A DNA stretch of 10,801 nucleotides, from NCBI GenBank assembly GCA_041492755.1, contig JBGPXN010000158.1, positions 1 to 10,801 on the forward strand, read 5' to 3'. Below, in pieces: positions 5,328 through 10,801 of the stretch. The translations under genes were made by a program, and so were the position numbers. How positions within the stretch are numbered: the stretch's first letter is position 1; each line of letters opens with the position of its first letter. The notes beneath the pieces were generated by a model that saw nothing but the letters and a program-made list of their open reading frames with translations, made no database searches and was not told the origin of the DNA. Source of the DNA: Candidatus Methylomirabilia bacterium (lineage in GTDB: Bacteria > Methylomirabilota > Methylomirabilia > Rokubacteriales > CSP1-6).

Positions 5328-7817
5328 TTATCCCAGTGCCTCCAGCAGTGAGCGCTGCCGGCTCAGACGCTGGGGGCGCTCCCGAGCGAAGCGCTGCACC
5401 GCGGCGAAGATCGAGTCCGGGTCCAGGTGCGCCTCGGCGATCACGTCCGCCTCGGTGCCGCCGGTGAGCCACGCGTTGTCCTGGTCGGCGGTGAGGGAGT
5501 AATCGTCGGTCAGTGAGCCGACATTGCGCAGCGGCCACATGCGGCGCGTTCCACTCATCACGAACATGAGGTCCTGGCGGGCCTCGGGCGGGAGCACGGC
5601 GTTCCGATAGGCTTCGGGCTGGCGGTCGAACAGCTCTTCGCTGATCGCGGCGATCACCTTCACGTTGACGCCGGCCTGCTCCAATCGCGGCAGCACGGTC
5701 ACGAGGTTGAACGTCGAGCTCGATCCCTGGGCCACGACGTAGCCGTGCCGGGGCTGGCCGGGCGCGAAGTCGCGGATGACGTAGAAACCCTTGGCGGCGG
5801 CCCGGAGATCGGGGTCGGCGAACGTGCTGCGGTCGGCCACGCGGAAGTCGGGGCGCGCCACCTCGATGACGATGATCCCGACCTTCTTCTCGCGCGCGGC
5901 GATCTCGGCGGCGGCGAAGTAGCCGGGGGCCACGTCGTTGTAGTCCCAGAAGCTCAGGTTGATGACCTGGTCCCGCGGAAACAGCTTCCACACCTGCGGC
6001 GAGAAGATGCCGAAGTGCGTGCGCGCGTCGGCCGCGGTCTCGGGACCGGAGTGGCCGGCGAGGATGTGCAGGACGCCCGTGCGGAACTTGCTGTCCTGGT
6101 TCTGCTGGCTCCAGACGCGCGCCGGCAGGTACATCAGCGGGGTGAAGGCGCCGTAGGTGCCGCTGAACGCCCACACCCCGGCGAACTGGTCGGGGTCCAG
6201 CGACGCGCTCTGGCCGACGAGGCCGATGGCGGTGGACACGTTGCCCGCTTCCTCGATGGCGGCCTTGAGCCGCGTCCCCAGCGGGTTCCCCTCGGGATCG
6301 TAGTGGCCCCAGATGCTGCCGTGCTCGAGGTTGATCGATTCCGACAGATCGGCGGCCAGCGACAGCATGCGGTTGTCGGTGACGTGGTTCACCCACTTGA
6401 CGATCTCGGACACCGCCCGGCGGGCGCCCGCCACCTCGCCGCCCTTGCGGAACAACGCGATCTTGAGCGGCTTTTCCTTGCCCGAGATCGCATTCCTCAC
6501 CGTGAGGGTCTGCGGCTCCTCGGGGAGATTGGCGACCTTGAGACGGTCGTCGAGGAATGGATCGTGCTTCGCGTCGACGCGGAGCGGGATCTCGCCCGGC
6601 ACCGAGTCGCCGATCTCGACCAGCCGATCGGCCAGCCAGTCCCCGAGGCCATCGCGCTCGAGCAGGGACATGACGACGTCGATGTTGGTCTTGAACTGGA
6701 TCAGTCGCTCGCGCGGGTCGCTCACCGGCCCCTGGCGGATGCCCGAGAACTCCACGCCGTAGCGCTCCTCGAAGGTCCGGGCCAGCGCGACGAAGTACTC
6801 CGAGTTCATCTTCATCGCGTACGGATGGCTCGGGTAGCCCACCACCTGGTCGCCCCCCCCGGGGATCTTGCCGTTCACCGCGCCCGGCCAGTACCCCTTG
6901 GTCGTCGTGCCGATCACGATCATCGGACGACGATCCGCCGGGTCCCACGCCTCCATGGTCTGGAGCGCGCCCACGATCTGGTCGTAGTCGTGACCATCCG
7001 GCAGCGACAACACGTTCCACCCGTAGGAGGTCCACTGGTCGATCAAGCGGTAGCCCGTGAACTTGCTGGACACCACACCCCCGATCAGCGAATCGTCGAT
7101 GCCGGCGTTGTTGTCGGACAGGAAGATCCGGAGCCGCTTGCCGACCTGCAGCGCGATGGCCTGGGTCTTGAGCTCCTGCGCGTGCCCCTCGGTCATGGCG
7201 AACTCGCCCTCGAGCGCGATGACCTTCGGCATCCCCATGGGGGCGCCCACGATGTCCCAGAACGCCGCCTTCCCGGCGGCCGTCGCGATCCCCACGCCCG
7301 AGGGGCCGCCGTTGACGTCGTTGGTGAGGTCGGTGGACTCGATGTGTCCGGAGAGGGCCCGGATACCGCGCCCCTTGGCCTGGGCGAACAGCGGATGGTC
7401 CGACAGCCCCTGGTCCGCGAGCAGCGTCCTCAGCGCGCCGGCACCGCGGCGGAATCCCAGCGCGTCGACCGGCAGCATCGCGACGTCCGGGGCGACGCGG
7501 TAGCGGGGATCGCCCGTCGCCTGGTGCTTCCGGTACAGCGCCTGGCCCAGGATCATCCACAGCGCGTAGCAGGTGGGCGCGCAGTGCCCCGCCGCCAGCA
7601 TGAACTTGTCGCCGTACGGATGCTTGGGGCGCCGGTAGTCGTAGCGGAGCCCGCCCAGCTCGGGCCCGGCGAGGTGCGCGGCGACGTTGAACGGCGTGTA
7701 GGCCAGCGGGCCGCCGAAGTGGCCGGTCTGGGCGTAGTTGCCGAGCAGGGTGAGGGTCATGCAGGTCATGTAGCCGACGTCTTCCAGGCGCCGCCGCTCG
7801 TAGGGAAGCCCTGTCAT
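5328..7817 (-). CDS. Transketolase-like ThDP-dependent enzyme, single chain, divergent (829 aa)
   Basis: Transketolase motifs occur in order: TGHFGG, DKFMLAAGH.AP..YA, LSGHIE, GGPSGVG...A.G.A, GEFAMTEG...E....DNNAGIDD, TTKG, ADLSES, AIEE, SGTYGAF, GHSG.ETAADARTHF. The ATG overlaps the upstream stop (ATGA, 7817-7814). Confidence 0.9.
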   Translation of the reverse strand: MTGLPYERRRLEDVGYMTCMTLTLLGNYAQTGHFGGPLAYTPFNVAAHLAGPELGGLRYDYRRPKHPYGDKFMLAAGHCAPTCYALWMILGQALYRKHQATGDPRYRVAPDVAMLPVDALGFRRGAGALRTLLADQGLSDHPLFAQAKGRGIRALSGHIESTDLTNDVNGGPSGVGIATAAGKAAFWDIVGAPMGMPKVIALEGEFAMTEGHAQELKTQAIALQVGKRLRIFLSDNNAGIDDSLIGGVVSSKFTGYRLIDQWTSYGWNVLSLPDGHDYDQIVGALQTMEAWDPADRRPMIVIGTTTKGYWPGAVNGKIPGGGDQVVGYPSHPYAMKMNSEYFVALARTFEERYGVEFSGIRQGPVSDPRERLIQFKTNIDVVMSLLERDGLGDWLADRLVEIGDSVPGEIPLRVDAKHDPFLDDRLKVANLPEEPQTLTVRNAISGKEKPLKIALFRKGGEVAGARRAVSEIVKWVNHVTDNRMLSLAADLSESINLEHGSIWGHYDPEGNPLGTRLKAAIEEAGNVSTAIGLVGQSASLDPDQFAGVWAFSGTYGAFTPLMYLPARVWSQQNQDSKFRTGVLHILAGHSGPETAADARTHFGIFSPQVWKLFPRDQVINLSFWDYNDVAPGYFAAAEIAAREKKVGIIVIEVARPDFRVADRSTFADPDLRAAAKGFYVIRDFAPGQPRHGYVVAQGSSSTFNLVTVLPRLEQAGVNVKVIAAISEELFDRQPEAYRNAVLPPEARQDLMFVMSGTRRMWPLRNVGSLTDDYSLTADQDNAWLTGGTEADVIAEAHLDPDSIFAAVQRFARERPQRLSRQRSLLEALG

Positions 7818-8404
7818 CGAAGCGTCCCGCCGAATTCCTCGCGGAAGTCCGCCAGAACCTTGTCGCGCGTGCGCGTCTGCCAGCGCGACCGCTGGCCGAT
7901 CGGCACGTTCTCGACCTCGGGCACCACCTTGAGGGCCACGAAGACGGGCCCGGCCTCCCCGAGGATGTCCGCGATCGTGGCCTCGAGCTCGGAGAGGTCG
8001 TCGAAGGCGAAGGCGCGCGGGTAGCCGCAGCCGCGCGCGACGACGTCATAGGCCACGTTCTTGGCGTTGGGCACGGGCTGCCCGCCGGTCGTCGCGTAGC
8101 ACTCGTTATCGAGCATGAAGTGGTAGAAGTTGGCGGGCGCCAGCTCGGCCACGGTGGGCAGGATGCCCAGGCTCATCAGCAGGTCGCCCTCGGAGTCGAA
8201 CAGCACGACCTTATTCTGTGGTAGGGCGAGCGCGATGCCGAGCGCGAAGCCGGCGTGGCCGCCCATGGCCGGGTCGCCCATCGGCAGATCGCGGCTCGGC
8301 CGCGTGGAGATCTTCCCCCAGTGGCGGCCGCCTCGGCCCGGCACCACGATGGCGTCGCCGCGATGGGCGTGAAAGACGCGGAGCAGGTCGGCGGTCTGGA
8401 GCAT
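7814..8404 (-). CDS. ThDP-dependent decarboxylase beta subunit (PP domain), sulfopyruvate/phosphonopyruvate decarboxylase ComE-like
   Basis: Motifs AMG....ALGIALA.P...VV..DSEGDLLMSLG.L.TVA...P.N......DN..Y.TTGGQP and A.GCGY. RBS AGGAG at 8415-8411, 6 nt before ATG 8404. Confidence 0.88.
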   Translation of the reverse strand: MLQTADLLRVFHAHRGDAIVVPGRGGRHWGKISTRPSRDLPMGDPAMGGHAGFALGIALALPQNKVVLFDSEGDLLMSLGILPTVAELAPANFYHFMLDNECYATTGGQPVPNAKNVAYDVVARGCGYPRAFAFDDLSELEATIADILGEAGPVFVALKVVPEVENVPIGQRSRWQTRTRDKVLADFREEFGGTLR

Positions 8405-8415
8405 GGGACTCTCCT

Positions 8416-8934
8416 CTACCGGTTGAAGCCGTGGTACTCGTCGGCCATCAGCACTGCCACCGGCCGTCGCGTGCGCGCGGCCTCCTCAAACGCGATCGAG
8501 ATCCGCGGGGCGTCGGCCGAGCTCTCACAGAGGTAGTAGCTGATGCCGAAGGCGTGGAGGAACCGTTCCGTGTAGGTGGCGGCGGTGTCGGTGTTGACGC
8601 CGTGCCGCGTCCACCCGCGGTAGCCGATCATCATGACCACGGGCACGTTCAAGCCGATCGCCCAGCCCCGGAGCGAGTCGCCGGACTCCATGAGCCCCGT
8701 GTTCTGGATCAGAATGATCGGCCGCTGGCCGCCCGCGGACAGGCCCGCGGCGATGGAGAACGCGAGACCCTCGCGACTGACCGGCACCAGCCGCAGCGAG
8801 GGCTCGGCCTGCATGAGCTGGTACAGGAAGTTCGTCTCGCTGTCGGGGAGCCACACGACGTGGGTGACCCCGTTCTTGGTCATCTCAGCGAGGACCACCT
8901 CGGGACTGAGCTGGCCTTCCGCGGTCTTCGGCAT
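8416..8934 (-). CDS. ThDP-dependent decarboxylase alpha subunit (PYR domain), sulfopyruvate/phosphonopyruvate decarboxylase ComD-like
   Basis: Motifs GV..V..LPDS, V.REG.A..IAAG...GG.RP...IQNTGL and P..M.IGYRG. ATG 8934 is chosen because AGGAGG (8950-8945) lies 10 nt upstream; the track GTG 8943 is only 1 nt from the RBS. Confidence 0.88.
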   Translation of the reverse strand: MPKTAEGQLSPEVVLAEMTKNGVTHVVWLPDSETNFLYQLMQAEPSLRLVPVSREGLAFSIAAGLSAGGQRPIILIQNTGLMESGDSLRGWAIGLNVPVVMMIGYRGWTRHGVNTDTAATYTERFLHAFGISYYLCESSADAPRISIAFEEAARTRRPVAVLMADEYHGFNR

Positions 8935-8950
8935 GATCGGCACGCCTCCT

Positions 8951-9274
8951 TCAGGCCGGCTTGTCGGGGCGACCCCCGAGGGCTCCCCACGTGTCCGGAT
9001 CGTGACACAGCAGCGTGTTGAGGCAGATCGACACGTCCTCGGCCGGATACGCGCCGGTCAGCGCGGCGACCGCGGGGCCGAGCTTCGTCGAGTCCGGCGT
9101 GCGACCGGCGACGGTCTTCGGGCGGAACTTCTTGTGCTTGGCGATCAGCTGGACGGCCTGGGCCTGGTCGGCGGCGATGGTCTCGTCCCGCCAGAACGCG
9201 AGCGCGGCGCGCCGCCGCTGCTCGTAGGCCATCCGTTTCCACAAGCGTCCGGCGGTCGGCGCCATGTCGGTCAT
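8951..9274 (-). CDS. Hypothetical protein (107 aa), first gene of the ThDP operon; possibly internally deleted
   Basis: MTDMAPTAGRLWKRM...AFWRDE....Q.QAV.LIAKHKKFRPKTV...YPAEDVS..LNTLL..DPDTW with coding-like codon usage only from 9274 down. Its stop TGA directly abuts the next gene's RBS. The track extension to 9643 crosses an IS end and is unlikely to be real. Confidence 0.7.
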   Translation of the reverse strand: MTDMAPTAGRLWKRMAYEQRRRAALAFWRDETIAADQAQAVQLIAKHKKFRPKTVAGRTPDSTKLGPAVAALTGAYPAEDVSICLNTLLCHDPDTWGALGGRPDKPA

Positions 9275-9281
9275 CGCTGAT

Positions 9282-9310
9282 ATTCTATGCGCAGCCCGCC
9301 CATGCGGCAT
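9282..9310 (-). promoter_or_regulatory. Putative leaderless-type promoter for the ThDP operon
   Basis: TAGAAT (9287-9282) lies exactly 7 nt before ATG 9274 with no Shine-Dalgarno. A weak -35 (ATGCCG, 9310-9305) sits at 17-nt spacing. Confidence 0.55.
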
Positions 9311-9396
9311 CACGTCTCGCCCTTGCCCGAGCCCTGCCCGAGACCCCGCTACCGCTCGTCGAGGCGTGGCCCGCCGCGGCGCGCCACTTCGCGGAC

Positions 9397-9464
9397 TGGT
9401 CTCGCCCCGGTTTCGTGGACACACCCCATAGTTGGGGCGGAAGGGAGCGTCCACGATGCCGAAG
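9397..9464 (+). mobile_element. Isolated IS3-family left end (IR-L, RBS and first codons of orfA)
   Basis: TGGTCTCGCCCCGGTTTCGTGGACAC (9397-9422) has the TG-start, CCCC..TTT..TGGACAC shape of IS3-family IRs. It is followed by GGGAG and ATG CCG AAG at 9456, with TCGTGGAC (9413-9420) pairing to GTCCACGA (9449-9456). No transposase-like sequence continues and no IR-R was seen. Confidence 0.65.
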
Positions 9465-9763
9465 TGGTTCGGAGGTTCTGGGCATGCTGCGTGGGGTAAC
9501 GCGGCGGCTGAGCGAGAGTCGGGTAAGTTGTTTGAGGCGCGCAGGCGAGTCCCGGTTGGCGGGCGGATCTGCAGGGACGGTGGTGTCCCTTCCTCCGGTG
9601 ATCCGCACGCCACGCGGGACGCCAAGTCGCGTGCCAAGGCCATCGCGTGCAGGTGAGTTCTTGCGCGAACGGTGGACCGACCTCCTTAGCGGCGCCGTTG
9701 CCGCACGGCGGACGGTGAATGTTGCCGCGGACCGTGCGGTCCTGCAGCGGTGGCGCGACCGCG

Positions 9764-10174
9764 TTAGCTGACCGCCAACGTCTTCCTCCGCGGAGCGCGT
9801 AGCCGTGCGACCAGGCACTCCGCGACGATATGCGACATGCTCTGATGCGACTCGTCGGCCGCCTTCTTCAGATCCTCGTACACGGGCTCCGGCAAGCGGA
9901 GCTTGGTCTGAACCGTCTTTACGCCCGCCGGTCGACCTCTCCTTTGGCCCAGGACCGTCATGACCGTCGAATACAGCTGGTCGAGACGCTTCTTGTCACC
10001 GGCGGTAATCGCCACGCGGAGCTCAAAGCCGACTTGTCCGTCCGCCGTCCGATAGAGCTTCACCGGGCCGCACCCGGGATAGAGCTCGTTGACGGCCTTC
10101 GAGACCTCAGCCTCTCGCGCCTTGAGCTCTGGATCCGACACGATCTCGACGAATGTGACCTTTCGATTTCTCAT
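9764..10174 (-). CDS. Ribbon-helix-helix DNA-binding protein (CopG/Arc-type C-terminus), possible antitoxin (136 aa)
   Basis: C-terminal RGRP followed by TVQTKLRLPEPVYEDLKKAADESHQSMSHIVAECL (alternating beta strand, helix, S.S helix). RBS-like AAAGGT at 10187-10182, 7 nt before ATG 10174. The N-terminal domain is not recognised. Confidence 0.75.
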   Translation of the reverse strand: MRNRKVTFVEIVSDPELKAREAEVSKAVNELYPGCGPVKLYRTADGQVGFELRVAITAGDKKRLDQLYSTVMTVLGQRRGRPAGVKTVQTKLRLPEPVYEDLKKAADESHQSMSHIVAECLVARLRAPRRKTLAVS

Positions 10175-10186
10175 GACGGCAACCTT

Positions 10187-10360
10187 TCACCGAACAATCT
10201 TGGAACTCTCAACGGTGACGCGCGCTATCCGTTCTCCCCGAGTTCGATCAGGAACGAGTCGGAGTCGAATGCCAAGACGAAGACCGCGTTCTGGTTCAGT
10301 TCGTCGCCCATCCGAGTGACGAACACTTCAATTCGATCTCGGTTGGCAAGCCAGAACCGC
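10187..10360 (-). pseudogene. Possible frameshifted 3' remnant of an unknown gene upstream of the RHH gene
   Basis: LRFWLANRDRIEVFVTRMGDELNQNAVFVLAFDSDSFLIELGE (track frame, TAG at 10227-10225) could continue in another frame as RIARVTVESSKIVR to TGA 10189-10187, abutting the RHH RBS. There is no convincing start and no family was recognised. Confidence 0.35.
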
Positions 10361-10364
10361 AGAG

Positions 10365-10801
10365 TTAGTCGAACAGCGACAGATCGATCGCGTCTCCCAT
10401 CGTGCGGTAGCCCAGATCGCTCGGGTGAAGGTGGTCGTCGCAATCGTAGATCGGCAGCATCCGGGTCGGATGGTCGGGATCGCGCACCGCCCGGTCGAAA
10501 TCGACGATCGCGTCGAAAGCATCGGTCTGGCGCAGCCACTCGTTGACGGCCTGGCGCACCGCCTCGCGCTTCGGGTTCCAGGCGCCGGGGAGGAAGGTCT
10601 CATTCTCGAATGGGGTCAGCGTGCCGCCGAAGACCCTGATCCCGCAGGCCTGGCCGCGTACGGCGAATTGCTTCAGCCCGGCGATCATCTGCGGGGCGGT
10701 CACCTCTTCTTCGGGCTTGCCGTGACGGTTCCGCAGATCGTTGGTGCCCAGCATGATGACGGTATGGGTGACGCCGGGCTGCGCCAGCACGTCGCGGTCG
10801 A
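10365..10801 (-). CDS. SGNH/GDSL-family hydrolase, C-terminal part (5' end outside the window)
   Basis: The frame is open from the right edge: DRDVLAQPGV, block III GTND, G.TLTPF, R.AVN.W.R....FD...DFD...RDP..P, and block V DHLHP...GY..M. TAA at 10367-10365. Confidence 0.93.
   Translation of the reverse strand, partial: DRDVLAQPGVTHTVIMLGTNDLRNRHGKPEEEVTAPQMIAGLKQFAVRGQACGIRVFGGTLTPFENETFLPGAWNPKREAVRQAVNEWLRQTDAFDAIVDFDRAVRDPDHPTRMLPIYDCDDHLHPSDLGYRTMGDAIDLSLFD

Noticed and set aside
5272..8049. 925-aa minus-strand ORF and 759-aa plus-strand ORF (5745..8024) overlapping the transketolase-like gene
   Set aside because: Arg/Gly/Pro-rich or antisense shadow frames expected from high-GC codon bias. 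The motif-bearing frame is 5328..7817.
7814..8934. Assigning comD/comE (coenzyme M biosynthesis) or aepY/ppd gene symbols
   Set aside because: Family membership is clear, but signature residues deviate and no CoM or phosphonate pathway genes are present in the window.
9672..9688. GTGGACCGACCTCCTTA resembling the 16S rRNA 3' anti-Shine-Dalgarno end (or a perfect SD on the minus strand)
   Set aside because: No other rRNA-like sequence flanks it and no start codon sits at a suitable distance on the minus strand; treated as chance.
9275..9763. ORFs in the spacer upstream of the operon (9285..9818, 9415..9771, 9432..9656 and the 8951..9643 extension)
   Set aside because: No coding-like composition or motifs, and they run across the IS3-like end.
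1..10801. CRISPR arrays, tRNA/rRNA genes, a TPP riboswitch ahead of the ThDP operon, long tandem repeats
   Set aside because: No regularly spaced repeats, cloverleaf or TPP-riboswitch core were seen by eye. A covariance-model search would be needed to exclude them formally.

Overview
High-GC bacterial window that mixes intact genes with many gene fragments. The main intact unit is a minus-strand operon (9274 to 5328): a small hypothetical gene, a split thiamine-diphosphate (ThDP) decarboxylase pair of the sulfopyruvate/phosphonopyruvate decarboxylase (ComD/ComE-like) type, and a translationally coupled 829-aa transketolase-like protein. Both diphosphate/Mg-binding motifs in the operon carry Glu where the canonical GDG motif has Asp (SEG and GEF). 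Also intact are a TetA(P)-like MFS transporter, a Cys-rich small lipoprotein, an alpha/beta hydrolase with Thr at the nucleophile position (GYTLG) and a ribbon-helix-helix protein. An IS1182-family transposase 5' end lies at the left edge and an SGNH/GDSL hydrolase 3' end at the right edge. Between these are relics of an LLM monooxygenase, a peptidase-like tail, an EamA/DMT transporter, a class III CoA-transferase tail, a patatin, a PPOX/F420-type protein, an NmrA/SDR protein and an isolated IS3-family left end. Several relics are N- and C-termini joined by an internal deletion. All family assignments are by-eye motif recognition; no database search was run. No rRNA, tRNA or CRISPR array was seen.
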